Assembly: GCA_963752595.1 (NCBI GenBank)
Contig: CAVVYZ010000019.1
Location: 61,102 to 125,101 of the forward strand
Source of the DNA: an uncultured delta proteobacterium
GTDB taxonomy: Bacteria > Desulfobacterota > Desulfomonilia > UBA1062
Length of the DNA: 64,000 bases
Reading direction: 5' to 3'
The notes below the pieces were generated by a model. That model worked only from the letters and a program-made list of their open reading frames with translations. It was not told the DNA's origin and did no database searches. This document shows positions 18,160 through 28,420 of the stretch, piece after piece. The first letter of the stretch is position 1. Each line of letters opens with the position of its first letter. A program made the position numbers and the translations under genes.

Positions 18160-19482
18160 TCATCCGCCAATACCATAAATCAGGTTCGGCAGCCACAGTG
18201 CTATCTGCGGGAAAATCGACACGATGGTCAGGCCGAGCAACTGCAGAATGATGAAAGGAATAATGGACATGTAGATGTCCTTGATCATGACTCCTTCGGG
18301 CGCGATGCTCTTGAGATAGAAGAGGTTATACCCGAACGGAGGCGTAATGTAGGCACACTGCATGTTCATGATGAAGACGATGCCGAACCACACGGGGTCG
18401 AATCCCATGACAGCCACGATGGGCGTGAGAATGGGAGCCGTGATCATGACAATGGCCGATGGGTCGAGCAGCATGCCCAGAGCGAAGAATACGGCCTGGA
18501 TGATAAAGAAGGCCCCCCAATATCCGAACGGCAGGTCCTGCACCAGACTGCTGATGAACTCCGATGCACCCAGCGCCATGTAGATGGTGGAGAAACAGTA
18601 GGCGCCGATAACGATCCACATCACCATACCGGTCAGCTTCAGGGTTCCAAGCGAGATGTCCCTGAACATTTTCCAGGAAAACTGCCCGCTCGCGATCATT
18701 AAAATGAAACTACCCGCACAGCCGACCGCCGCGCCTTCGGTCGGCGTAGCGACACCCGTGAAGATCGTGCCCAGAACAGTGCAGATGAGGAGCAAAGGCC
18801 CAATAACAGCCTTTGTCGCCAATATTTTTTCCTTGAAGGAAAGGAGCTCGTCTTCGGGAATGCCGGGACCTTTCGAAGGGTCTATCTTGCATACGGCAAG
18901 GGTGTAACCGATGTACAGGGATGCCAGCAGAAGCCCGGGCAGAATACCGCCTGCAAAAAGCCTCCCGATCGAAACCTGGCAGATCATGCCGTAGATGATC
19001 ATCGTGATGCTTGGGGGAATCAGAATGCCCAGAGCGCCGCCGGCACCGATGCCGCCGAGGGCCAGCTTCTTGTCGTAGCCCCTGGAAAGCATTGCCGGCA
19101 GGGCGATGAGACCCATGGTAATGGTGCCGGCCCCGCCGATGCCGGTCATTGCGGCAAAGAGCGTGCACACGATGATGGCGGCAACCGCCAGGCCCCCGCC
19201 CATCCGACCGCTCCACACATAAAAGGCATTGAAGAGCTTGTCCGCGATGCCCGAGAACTGAAGGATGAAACCCATGAGCACAAAGAGCGGAACGGAGAGA
19301 AGGCCGAACGACATCATGGCCTTCCCGAAGATCAGGGTGGGAATGACAGACATCGCGTCGGGCCACAGGAAAAAGGTAAAGATAACGCCGATGGACCCCA
19401 GCACGAACGCGATAGGAAGCCCCGAGCACAGACCGGCGACCATGGCAACCGTCAATAAGATGGTAATCGTCCCGGGCTCCAT
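18160..19482 (-). CDS. dctM: TRAP transporter large permease (DctM)
   Basis: Multiple transmembrane segments; VPLFVLMG, GALGILIPPS, TPTEGAAVG and ITPPFGYNLF. Confidence 0.93.
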   Translation of the reverse strand: MEPGTITILLTVAMVAGLCSGLPIAFVLGSIGVIFTFFLWPDAMSVIPTLIFGKAMMSFGLLSVPLFVLMGFILQFSGIADKLFNAFYVWSGRMGGGLAVAAIIVCTLFAAMTGIGGAGTITMGLIALPAMLSRGYDKKLALGGIGAGGALGILIPPSITMIIYGMICQVSIGRLFAGGILPGLLLASLYIGYTLAVCKIDPSKGPGIPEDELLSFKEKILATKAVIGPLLLICTVLGTIFTGVATPTEGAAVGCAGSFILMIASGQFSWKMFRDISLGTLKLTGMVMWIVIGAYCFSTIYMALGASEFISSLVQDLPFGYWGAFFIIQAVFFALGMLLDPSAIVMITAPILTPIVAVMGFDPVWFGIVFIMNMQCAYITPPFGYNLFYLKSIAPEGVMIKDIYMSIIPFIILQLLGLTIVSIFPQIALWLPNLIYGIGG

Positions 19483-19988
19483 TATTCTACCTTCCTTTCC
19501 TTGTCGGTGAGCGTCAAAATATCCTGCATAATCAGTGCGATCCCTTCAAGGAGCAATAGAACCGCCCCAAGGGGTATCATGAGCTTGACCGGCCAGATTA
19601 TCGGCGACCAGGTGCTGATCGATCTCTCATTCAGCTCGATCGCACGCATCGCAAAGTCCCATCCAAGCCACAGGATGATCACGGCAAAAACGAAGAACGC
19701 GGGAAACGTGATGAGGCTTGCGATCGCCTTTCCCCGTGGCGACAGTTTGACGTAGAAAAGGTCCATATTCACATGGGCCTTCTCCTTCAGCGCATAGGCC
19801 CCGCTTATAATGGTGAGCACGCCAAACACCATAACGCTGATTTCGTGTGCCCAGATGGTGGGTTTGTTGAATACGTTTCTCATTATGAGTTCCCATACGA
19901 TGATCACGGTAAGGATCCATGGAAACCACATGAGAACCATACCGCTCACATCTACTATTTTTGAGATGATCCGGATAAGTGCACGCAT
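19482..19988 (-). CDS. dctQ: TRAP transporter small permease (DctQ)
   Basis: About 4 transmembrane segments; PTIWAHE and AYALKEKAHVNMD; lies between dctP and dctM. Confidence 0.9.
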   Translation of the reverse strand: MRALIRIISKIVDVSGMVLMWFPWILTVIIVWELIMRNVFNKPTIWAHEISVMVFGVLTIISGAYALKEKAHVNMDLFYVKLSPRGKAIASLITFPAFFVFAVIILWLGWDFAMRAIELNERSISTWSPIIWPVKLMIPLGAVLLLLEGIALIMQDILTLTDKERKVE

Positions 19989-20098
19989 TATAGTATCTTC
20001 CTCACTTTCTCAAAGGCCATTGTACTCAGGAACGATTCAGAAATGATAGAGGAGGCATCACCGCCGGGATGCCGGAAGCGTGCCCCCTCCTGATCAAA

Positions 20099-21169
20099 CT
20101 ATTTCAGATAGCCCATTGTTCTCATGTAATTCTTTGTCATCTCCACGAGCTTGGCCGATGCGGGGCTTCTTTGTGCCTCTTTCGCCCACAATTCCTGGGC
20201 AGCCTTCTCGGCTTTTGCCAGCTCTGCGCCACTGAGTGTGTTCATTTTTACCCCGGCCTTTTTCATCTGGGCCAGACCCCACTGCTCACCCGTCCAGTTC
20301 TGGTGGTAAGTATGGTTCAACCCGGCGATGATCATTGCCTGCTCAAGGGCTACCTTGAGGTCGGCAGGCAGCGAGTTCCATGCCCTCTGGTTCACGATCA
20401 CGTTAGCAGTGTTGATGGGCATGATCGGGGGCCACAGGAAGTACTTGGCAACTTCATGGAACTTCACGCTGTGCATTGCAATAGCGCTGCCCCAGCTCAC
20501 CCCGTCGAGGGCGCCAGTCTGAAGAGAGGTATAGGTTTCTTCGCCGGGGATAAACACGCCGTTGCCGCCGAATTTCTCGATCCAGTTCATCATCAGACCG
20601 GATGCCCGGACCTTCTTGCCCTTGATATCGTTGAGGGTGTTGATGGGAGTTCTGAACATGAATGAGCCGGGCCAGCAGTCAACACCGGTGGTGAGCAGAT
20701 ATACGCCCTGTTTTTGATATTCCGGCCTCAGTACGTCGATTGCCCGCCAACCGCCGAAGATGTTCGGCAGCTTCTTTCCATACATGAAGTTGTACAGCTC
20801 GTTCGGGGTCCTGATTCCGAAAGGAAGACCGTACTCTACGGCTGCTGCCGGAATGACGCCCTGATAGGTATAAGCAGACGCGAGGCCGATCTCAACAACG
20901 CCCATCTTCACGGAATCCAATATATCCGGGGTTGCCACCAGCTCGCCGCCCCAGTACATTTTGATCTGCAGACGCCCGTTTGTCATGGCGGGAAGAGTTT
21001 TGGTGAGCATCTCTACGTAATATTGCATCCCGGGCTCAGCGGCGCTGCGCCATGCCTGCATCTTCCACTTGTAAACTTTCTGCGCAGGTTGCGCAGCATC
21101 ACATGGAAAAGAGCTGCTGAGGAATACCGCTAAAGCTAGAAGCACAATCCCTAGAACCTTGTTTTTCAT
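20099..21169 (-). CDS. dctP: TRAP substrate-binding protein (DctP)
   Basis: Signal peptide from ATG 21169 (GGAGG RBS); KWKMQ, TNGRLQI, DIKGKKVRA and ETYTSLQTGALDG. Confidence 0.9.
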   Translation of the reverse strand: MKNKVLGIVLLALAVFLSSSFPCDAAQPAQKVYKWKMQAWRSAAEPGMQYYVEMLTKTLPAMTNGRLQIKMYWGGELVATPDILDSVKMGVVEIGLASAYTYQGVIPAAAVEYGLPFGIRTPNELYNFMYGKKLPNIFGGWRAIDVLRPEYQKQGVYLLTTGVDCWPGSFMFRTPINTLNDIKGKKVRASGLMMNWIEKFGGNGVFIPGEETYTSLQTGALDGVSWGSAIAMHSVKFHEVAKYFLWPPIMPINTANVIVNQRAWNSLPADLKVALEQAMIIAGLNHTYHQNWTGEQWGLAQMKKAGVKMNTLSGAELAKAEKAAQELWAKEAQRSPASAKLVEMTKNYMRTMGYLK

Positions 21170-21480
21170 AAAAGCCTCCCTCGATTTTGTATGTATTATC
21201 GTTAATCTTTTCCAACATATTCCCTGCATATTGACAAATCCCATGAAGCTACATGAATCACTTCCCGGATACCTTCCGAGGCAAAACAGAATGCTATCCC
21301 ACACCCTCATCTATCAGCACCAGCAACACCAGCTTAACGACATCAATGTTATCAGCCTTTCCCAAGAATATTTCACCATGCGCTACCCGGAACATAATTA
21401 TATTTAATTGTTATTTTTATTGAATCTAATTCTATCCGGTCCTTGCCTTGCATCCGCCATCCCATTTATTTCACATCGCC

Positions 21481-21583
21481 GGGCAACAAAGAGAGCGGGC
21501 ACTATGGTAATGTGGGCTCCCACAGCGCCCGCTCTCTTTGCTCTTACGTCCACCCCGGGTTGGCCGGCCCGGAGTTGAACCCT
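21481..21583 (-). ncRNA. Candidate cis-regulatory RNA/attenuator, copy B (upstream of the TRAP operon)
   Basis: Reverse complement aligns to 6508-6609 at about 78/103 positions; 17-bp stem GAGAGCGGGCGCTGTGG/CCATAGTGCCCGCTCTC followed by TTTGTT. Confidence 0.7.
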
Positions 21584-21626
21584 TTATTCCCTAATCGTTC
21601 ATTCCGTCATGAAAACTCCTCTGTCC

Positions 21627-21935
21627 TCATGCATTGCCGTCTATTTCCCAGCCGTCACTAGTACGGTTCTTCTGCCCCTTCACAACGGAGCACAGGAGAT
21701 CCGTCACGTGATTAAGTTCTGCAGCTAACGGCTTCCCTGCTATCCGGCAACTATTCATATGGGCGCGGAACGCCCCTTGGGAGAATTCATTCTGCGGAAA
21801 TACATCACGGCTTGAGCCATCTTTAAGGGTTATACGGCGAGTGAGCATTTCGATATCTGCTGCGAAGGAACAGATAGTAGGCTTTAGTATACCCTTGTAA
21901 TTTTTATTAGCATTAATAATGTCATGTTGTTGCAT
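21627..21935 (-). CDS. Small hypothetical protein (~102 aa from ATG 21935)
   Basis: Open frame between a consensus-like promoter and RNA copy B, with purine-rich sequence upstream of the ATG. No recognisable domain; start uncertain (ORF track starts at 22007). Confidence 0.45.
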   Translation of the reverse strand: MQQHDIINANKNYKGILKPTICSFAADIEMLTRRITLKDGSSRDVFPQNEFSQGAFRAHMNSCRIAGKPLAAELNHVTDLLCSVVKGQKNRTSDGWEIDGNA

Positions 21936-22007
21936 TGAACCTGCCCTTCTCTCCTCTATATCGGGATGGGTCATCTTGCCAAAACCAACAACAAGCTTTG
22001 AATCCAT

Positions 22008-22063
22008 ATCAAATCAATAATGTGATTTGATAAATTTATAGATCAATAGTGAGATTCGGTCAA
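22008..22063 (-). promoter_or_regulatory. Sigma70-type promoter plus downstream operator-like palindrome
   Basis: Minus strand TTGACC (22063-22058), 17 bp, TATAAA (22040-22035); ATCAAATCA-N6-TGATTTGAT at 22008-22031. Confidence 0.65.
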
Positions 22064-22406
22064 TACTTATTTGTTTTAATTTTATCACTTATATTATTCT
22101 CTGTTTTATCATGTAGTTGTTTATTTTCTTCATATCTAGAGTCCCTTTTGTGTCATTGTTTAACCTGAATTTTATTTTTTTTGGAAGGTTATCGAGTGAT
22201 CATGTTGGCTTTTCTTCACCATACCGGGCCAGGAGAACAATAAGGAATCAAGGGTTCTTCCCAATCGGTTCTTCTCCAAATAATGCTTGATTTGGGAATA
22301 AAGGTAAATATTGACTAATCTTCTGCAACTGCTTACAGATAATGATGCCCTCTCCCATGCTCATCAGTAAAAGGAGAGATGCTTGGGGCAGACTGAAAAA
22401 ATGATT

Positions 22407-22832
22407 CTATCCTTTGCCAGGATTCTCGGCTGATACCTCGGACCAGATCCTATCGAGGACACCGTTTGCAAACGCGGGAAAGCGGGGCGATCCGAATCGT
22501 TTTGCCAGCTCGATCCCCTCGTTGATCACAACCTTATACGGGATGTCGGTTTTAAAGATCAGCTCATAGGCTGCAATGCGCAGGATGTTTCTGTCCGTTG
22601 TGGACATCCTGCTTACCGACCAGTTGTTCGAGGCTTTCTCGATATGGGCATCAATGTCGCGCAGATGGGTATAGACCCCGTCTATGAGGTCCTGTGCGTA
22701 CGGGACGACATCCTTGTCTTCGGCGAAATGATCAAAGAAATCTTTGCAGGTTTCCGTGTTGTGATCTCTCGTGATGTCAACCTGGTACAGGTACTGTAAT
22801 GCTATTTCACGTGCTTTTGTCCTGAGTCTCAT
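22407..22832 (-). CDS. nusB: Transcription antitermination factor NusB
   Basis: RTKAREIALQYLY, DRNILRIA, VINEGIELAKRFG and FANGVLD; follows ribH. Confidence 0.95.
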   Translation of the reverse strand: MRLRTKAREIALQYLYQVDITRDHNTETCKDFFDHFAEDKDVVPYAQDLIDGVYTHLRDIDAHIEKASNNWSVSRMSTTDRNILRIAAYELIFKTDIPYKVVINEGIELAKRFGSPRFPAFANGVLDRIWSEVSAENPGKG

Positions 22833-22840
22833 ACTAACGA

Positions 22841-23305
22841 TCAGATCTGCGCATAGAGGTCGATCATCTCGAGCAGGGCCATAGCAGCATCGAAGCCCTT
22901 GTTCCCGGATTTCGTACCTGCGCGCTCAATGGCCTGCTCTATGGTATCGGTAGTGAGGACTCCGAAGATCACCGGGCACGGGGCATCCAAAGACACATGG
23001 GCGACTCCCTTGCTGACCTCTGCCGCCACGTAGTCGAAGTGTGGGGTCGAGCCTCTGATAACGGCACCGAGGCAGATGACGCCGTTCGTCTTCTTGCCCT
23101 CTGCAAGCTTCTTCGCAACCGGTGGGATCTCGAATGCACCGGGGACGCGGATGATCGTGATATCCTTTTCCTCTACGCCGTGCCTTTTCAATGCATCCAT
23201 GGCCCCGTCGATGAGCCTTGCAGTGATGAAATCATTGAACCTGCTCGCAACAATAGAAACCTTCTTGCCCTTGCCGGTCAGTTTTCCTTCAACCATATTC
23301 GCCAT
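22841..23305 (-). CDS. ribH: 6,7-dimethyl-8-ribityllumazine synthase
   Basis: [29 protein letters not shown] and [11 protein letters not shown]. Confidence 0.97.
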   Translation of the reverse strand: MANMVEGKLTGKGKKVSIVASRFNDFITARLIDGAMDALKRHGVEEKDITIIRVPGAFEIPPVAKKLAEGKKTNGVICLGAVIRGSTPHFDYVAAEVSKGVAHVSLDAPCPVIFGVLTTDTIEQAIERAGTKSGNKGFDAAMALLEMIDLYAQI

Positions 23306-24507
23306 TACACGACCTCCAGTATGTGTCCCATCTTTTCTTTCTTGGTCTGCAGATACTTCTTGTTCTCCTCAGTGGGCGGTATCTCTATCGGCACCCGGTC
23401 AACAATCTCGAGGCCGTAACCTTCCAGACCGATGATCTTCTTGGGGTTGTTCGTCATCATCTTCATTTTCTTCACACCGAGGGCCACCAGGATCTGGGCG
23501 CCGATGCCGTAATCCCGCAAGTCCGGGGCGAAGCCGAGCTCCACATTCGCCTCGACCGTGTCGCGGCCTCGCTCCTGGAGGTGGTAGGCCTTGAGCTTGT
23601 TGATCAGGCCGATTCCCCTGCCCTCCTGGCGCATGTAGACGATCACGCCCTTGCCTTCTTCTTCGATCATCTCCATGGCGCGGTGCAGCTGATCGCCGCA
23701 GTCGCAGCGGAGCGAATGGAGCACGTCTCCGGTGAGGCACTCCGAATGCACCCTCACCAGCACCGGCTCTTCAGGGTCGATTTCTCCTTTCACCAACGCC
23801 ACGTGTTCCTTGTGGTCGATGTCGTTGTCATAGCCGATGAGATGAAAATTGCCGTAAGGCGTGGGCAGATTCGCCCTGACTACTTCCCTCACCAGGATCT
23901 CATTTTTCATCCGGTAGGCAATGACGTCTGCAATGGTGCAGATCCTTAAGGAGTGCTCTCTTGCAAACACTTCGAGCTGCGGCCTCCTGGCCATGGTCCC
24001 GTCGTCGTTCATGACCTCGCAGATGACGGCGCCCGGTTTCAGGCCAGCCATCCTGCACAGGTCTACCGAACCTTCGGTCTGGCCGGTGCGGACGAGCACC
24101 CCGCCCTCGCGGGCACGCAAGGGAAACACGTGGCCCGGACGTGCAAGGTCGTCGGCCTTGGCGTCCTCTGCTATGGCGGTGCGGATGGTAATGGCGCGGT
24201 CGGCAGCGGAGATCCCTGTCGTGACCCCCTTCTTCGCCTCGATGGAAATGGTGAAGCCGGTGCCGAACTTGCTTGTATTGTCCCGGACCATGAGCGGGAG
24301 ATTGAGCCTGTCTGCGATATGCGAGTCAAGGGCGAGGCAGATGAGGCCCCGCCCGTATTTTGCCATGAAATTGATCGAGTCGGAAGTGACGAATTCCGCG
24401 GCCATGGTGAGGTCTCCCTCGTTCTCACGGCCTTCATCATCCACCAGGATGATCATCCTGCCTTGTTTCAGTTCCTCAATAGCTTCTTCAACGGTGCACG
24501 TTGGCAT
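23305..24507 (-). CDS. ribBA: Bifunctional DHBP synthase / GTP cyclohydrolase II
   Basis: [34 protein letters not shown] and QEGRGIGL. Confidence 0.97.
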   Translation of the reverse strand: MPTCTVEEAIEELKQGRMIILVDDEGRENEGDLTMAAEFVTSDSINFMAKYGRGLICLALDSHIADRLNLPLMVRDNTSKFGTGFTISIEAKKGVTTGISAADRAITIRTAIAEDAKADDLARPGHVFPLRAREGGVLVRTGQTEGSVDLCRMAGLKPGAVICEVMNDDGTMARRPQLEVFAREHSLRICTIADVIAYRMKNEILVREVVRANLPTPYGNFHLIGYDNDIDHKEHVALVKGEIDPEEPVLVRVHSECLTGDVLHSLRCDCGDQLHRAMEMIEEEGKGVIVYMRQEGRGIGLINKLKAYHLQERGRDTVEANVELGFAPDLRDYGIGAQILVALGVKKMKMMTNNPKKIIGLEGYGLEIVDRVPIEIPPTEENKKYLQTKKEKMGHILEVV

Positions 24508-24518
24508 GGAACTACTCC

Positions 24519-25154
24519 TTATATAAATCCCTGCTTCTTGAGAAGTGCCTCAAGGGTTGAATCATCTTCTCTTTTCAGCAGTCTCTCGACGTATTTACCG
24601 ATCACGTCAAATTCGAGGTTCACCCTATCACCGGGTGTTTTGAGTGTCAAGGAAACCGATCGGGCGGTATGGGGAATGATATTGACCTCAAAGGTGTCTC
24701 CCTTGATCTCGTTGACCGTGAGAGACACACCGTCGATGGCGATCGATCCCTTTTCGATGATGTAATGGGAGAACTTTTTGTCGAACCGGAAACTCATCCG
24801 GACAGACTCGCCTGCGCTCCCTTTATCCTGAACGGTTCCCATGCAGTCCACATGGCCGAGCACGAGGTGGCCGCCAAGGCGTCCCGACAAGGTCATGGCC
24901 CGCTCGATATTCACCTTTGCCCCGGGGCGTAAACTGCCCAGGGTGGAACGGGAAACGGTTTCGGCCGATGCGGTCGCCGTGAACCGTGACCCTTCCAGGG
25001 TAGTTGCGGTGAGGCACACCCCATCCACGGCGAAGCTGTCGCCGATTTTATCGTTCTTAAGGTCCATGCCGGTATCGATTGTCAGTTCATAGCCCTGCTT
25101 GAAGGGCCGGATACTCACCACTTTTCCGAGTGCTTCGATGATACCCGTGAACAT
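24519..25154 (-). CDS. ribE: Riboflavin synthase
   Basis: [34 protein letters not shown] and VNLEFD. Confidence 0.96.
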   Translation of the reverse strand: MFTGIIEALGKVVSIRPFKQGYELTIDTGMDLKNDKIGDSFAVDGVCLTATTLEGSRFTATASAETVSRSTLGSLRPGAKVNIERAMTLSGRLGGHLVLGHVDCMGTVQDKGSAGESVRMSFRFDKKFSHYIIEKGSIAIDGVSLTVNEIKGDTFEVNIIPHTARSVSLTLKTPGDRVNLEFDVIGKYVERLLKREDDSTLEALLKKQGFI

Positions 25155-26228
25155 CTATTCCTCCAGATGAGCGGTTATGAGCACATCGCTCCCGATAGTT
25201 CTCGCCTCCGATATCACAAGGGGCAAAGATTCTGCAACCGTATCGGGCGGTTTCCAGGATACGATGGGGACGCCTCCGCCCAGGAGCCTCGGCGCAACGA
25301 AGATGAGCAGCTCGTCGAAGAGGCGCGACCGGATAAGGCTCGAAAGGATGGCGCTTCCTCCCTCCACGAGAACCGAGTGCAGGCCCTTTTCGCCCAAGAT
25401 CTTAAGAATGTCTTCCCAGAGGAAATGGCCGTCCGGGCCTATCGGAAGCCGGATGACCCGTACCCCGCTCTTTACGACACCCGGCCTGCTCTGCGGATCG
25501 GCTGCGGTGAGCACCACGGCGCTGTCTCCCAGGCACTTCGCCTTTTCCGGAATCGCATACCGGGGGTCGATAATGACCCGCAAGGGATCCCTTCCACCCC
25601 GGACACGGCAGGTGAGGAGCGGATCGTCCCGGGTAACCGTGCCGATGCCCACGAGGATGGCATCCACCTGGTTCCTGAGCTCGTGCACATAGAGCCTGGA
25701 TGCCTCGGAGCTGATCCACTTCGAGTCGCCGGAGGGGGCGGCGATCCTGCCGTCGAGCGTCATGGCTGCCTTGGCGATCACGAAGGGCTTTTTCTGCTCC
25801 ATCCATTTTGCATACCAGGAGATGAGCTTGTCGGTCTCTTTCCTGGCTGTTCCGACCACGACCTTGACCCCGTTCTCCCGTAAGATCCGTATGCCCGAAC
25901 CTTGAACCACGGGATTGGGATCCACGCTGCCCACCACGACCCGTGCAATGCCTGCCTCGAGGACGGCTTTTACGCAGGGTGGGGTCTTGCCGTAGTGGGA
26001 GCAGGGCTCCAGGGTAACATAGAGGGTAGCGCCCCTGGCATCCTCAGAAGCTGCATTGAGCGCGAACACCTCGGCATGGGGAAGGCCTGCCCGGGGGTGG
26101 AATCCTTCGCCGATAACGTGTCCGTCCTTGACGACGACCGCACCGACCGGAGGATTGGGCGCCGTCCTGCCCAGGCCTTTCCGCGCCAGCGTAACGGCCC
26201 GCCGCATGTACCGGGAATCGCCCTTCAT
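25155..26228 (-). CDS. ribD: Bifunctional pyrimidine deaminase/reductase RibD
   Basis: [30 protein letters not shown] and VEGG. Confidence 0.96.
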   Translation of the reverse strand: MKGDSRYMRRAVTLARKGLGRTAPNPPVGAVVVKDGHVIGEGFHPRAGLPHAEVFALNAASEDARGATLYVTLEPCSHYGKTPPCVKAVLEAGIARVVVGSVDPNPVVQGSGIRILRENGVKVVVGTARKETDKLISWYAKWMEQKKPFVIAKAAMTLDGRIAAPSGDSKWISSEASRLYVHELRNQVDAILVGIGTVTRDDPLLTCRVRGGRDPLRVIIDPRYAIPEKAKCLGDSAVVLTAADPQSRPGVVKSGVRVIRLPIGPDGHFLWEDILKILGEKGLHSVLVEGGSAILSSLIRSRLFDELLIFVAPRLLGGGVPIVSWKPPDTVAESLPLVISEARTIGSDVLITAHLEE

Positions 26229-26681
26229 GGCTTTTTGTCACCGAAGCCCTGGATCTCGTCGACGAAATCCCTCACATCCTTGAACTCGCGGTACACGGAA
26301 GCAAACCGCACATACGCAACAGGTCGAGGCGGTGAAGGGCTTCCATGACCTTTTCCCCGATGTAGGAAGAAGGGACCTCGCGGTCCCATTTAGCTTGGAT
26401 ATCGTGGATGATCGAGTCCTTGACCGACTCGATTTCCTCAATGCTCACGGGCCTTTTTTCACATGCGGTGGTGATGCCGGAGATCACCTTTTGGGGTCGA
26501 AGGCCTCTCTCCTGCCATCTTTTTTGATCACCATCGGCACCGATTCCTCGACCTTTTCATAGGTGGTGAACCGGTACGCGCACTTGATGCATTCCCGCCT
26601 GCGCCGAATGGAGCAGCCATCCCGGCTTATCCTGGACTGGATAACCTTGTCTTCAAGCCCAGAACATCTGGGACAGCGCAT
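26225..26681 (-). CDS. nrdR: Transcriptional repressor NrdR (frameshifted in this sequence)
   Basis: MRCPRC...[16 protein letters not shown]...[12 protein letters not shown]; ATP-cone pieces and YREFKDV occur in other frames; TGA overlaps the ribD ATG. Confidence 0.9.
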
Positions 26682-26684
26682 GTA

Positions 26685-27942
26685 TTACCCCAAATCCCGG
26701 TAGATCGGGAACTGGTCCGGAGAGGGCTCCGACCTTCTTCCTCACCTTCTCGATCACCGCTTCGTCGCCCTTGGCGTCGACGACCCTGGCGATAAACGAT
26801 GCCACCTGCTCCATCTGGGCTTCCTTCATGCCCCGCGTGGTGAGCGCGGGCGTGCCCGAGGCGGATGCCGGAGGTGACGAACGGGCTCTTGGTCTCGAAG
26901 GGGATGGTGTTCTTGTTGACCGTGATCCAGGCCTTGTCAAGGAACGCCTCGGCATCCTTGCCCGTGATGTCCTTGTTGGTGAGGTCCACGAGCATGAGGT
27001 GGTTGTCCGTGCCGCCGGAAACGAGGGCGAAGCCGCGGGCCATCAGAGCCGTCGGCCATGGCCTGCGCGTTCTTGATGATCTGCTGCTGGTAGGCCTTGA
27101 ACTCGGGCGTCAGGGCCTCTTTGAGCGCCACGGCCTTGGCGGCGATGACGTGCATGAGCGGGCCGCCCTGCATGCCGGGGAACACCCTGGAGTTGAGCGT
27201 CTTGGCATGCTCTTCCTTGCACAGGATCAAGCCGCCCCGCGGCCCGCGCAAGGTCTTGTGGGTCGTGGTGGTGACGAAGTCGGCGTAGGGCACCGGGCTC
27301 GGGTGAAGGCCGGCGGCGACCAGGCCGGCGATGTGGGCCATGTCCACCATGAAGTAGGCGCCCACCTCGTCGGCGATCTCGCTGAAGAGCTTGAAATCGA
27401 TGATCCGGGGATAGGCGCTGGCGCCGGCGATGATGAGCTTGGGCTTGTGCTTCTTGGCCAGGTCGCGCACCTCGTCGTAGTCGATGCGGTGCGGTGTCCT
27501 GCCGGACGCCGTAGGCAACGACGTTGTAGAGCTTGCCCGAGAAGTTCACCGGGCGCCCATGGAGAGGTGGCCGCCGTGGGGCAGGTTCATGCCCGAGATA
27601 CGTGTCGCCCGGCTGGAGGATGGCTGAAGTAGACCGCCATGTTGGCCTGGGAGCCGGAATGGGGCTGGACATTGGCATGGTCCGCCCCGAAGAGCTTCTT
27701 GGCCCGCTCGATGGCGAGGTCTCTCGGCCACGTCCACATACTCGCAGCCGCCGTAGTAGCGCTTTCCGGGGTAGCCTTCGGCGTACTTGTTGGTCATGAC
27801 GCTGCCCTGGGCTTCCAGCACGGCCTCGGCAGACGAAATTCTCGGAGGCGATGAGCTCGAGCTTGTTCCGCTGGCGGCCCAGTTCATCCATGATGGCTTT
27901 GTAGACTTCCGGATCGGTTTTTTTCAGGTTTTCCATATTCAT
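26685..27942 (-). CDS. glyA: Serine hydroxymethyltransferase (several frameshifts)
   Basis: Fragments across frames: [58 protein letters not shown] and SGIRLG. Confidence 0.92.
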
Positions 27943-27959
27943 AGCTTGATCTCCTCTCG

Positions 27960-28417
27960 ATTAGATCTGTGATCTTTTTTGTCACCCGGCTTAAATCCTC
28001 GATCTTGTTCAGCCGCTGGGTGCCTTCCGCCCTCGAAATCCGTCCTGAGCCAGATCTCCACGATATCCTGGGCAATGGCGGGCCCGAGGACCCTTCCTCC
28101 CAGGATCAGGCAGTTCGAGTCATTGTGCATGCGGACATGCGTGCGGAAAAGGCATCGTCGCAGAGCGTTCCCCGAACGCCCGGGATCCGGTTGGCGCAGA
28201 TGGACATGCCGATCCCGGTCCCGCAGATGAGCACGATGCGGTCGCACCCGCCTTTGAGGAGCATGGATCCAGGGCCTTGACGGCATAATCCGGGTAATCG
28301 ACGGAGTCGGGAGTGTCCGTACCCAGATCGATCACTTCGCAGTTGTGCTTTGTCAGGGTCTCTATTACGGCCCTTTCAGCGCAGACCGCCATGGTCGCAG
28401 GCAAGTGCGATTCGCAT
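27960..28417 (-). CDS. rpiB: Ribose-5-phosphate isomerase B (frameshifted; 3' end approximate)
   Basis: [42 protein letters not shown] and FEGGRH in successive frames. Confidence 0.88.
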
Positions 28418-28420
28418 TCT

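Noticed and set aside
21170-21310. 47-aa N-terminal extension of DctP in the ORF track
   Set aside because: ATG 21169 has a GGAGG RBS and begins a typical signal peptide.
22997-26348. Long antisense ORFs over the rib genes (also over the ATPases, acs and the lipoproteins)
   Set aside because: These are shadow frames of GC-rich coding sequence on the opposite strand, with no independent motifs.
26228-26700. FMN riboswitch ahead of the rib genes
   Set aside because: ribD is translationally coupled to nrdR (ATGA overlap), leaving no leader region, and I saw no RFN consensus.
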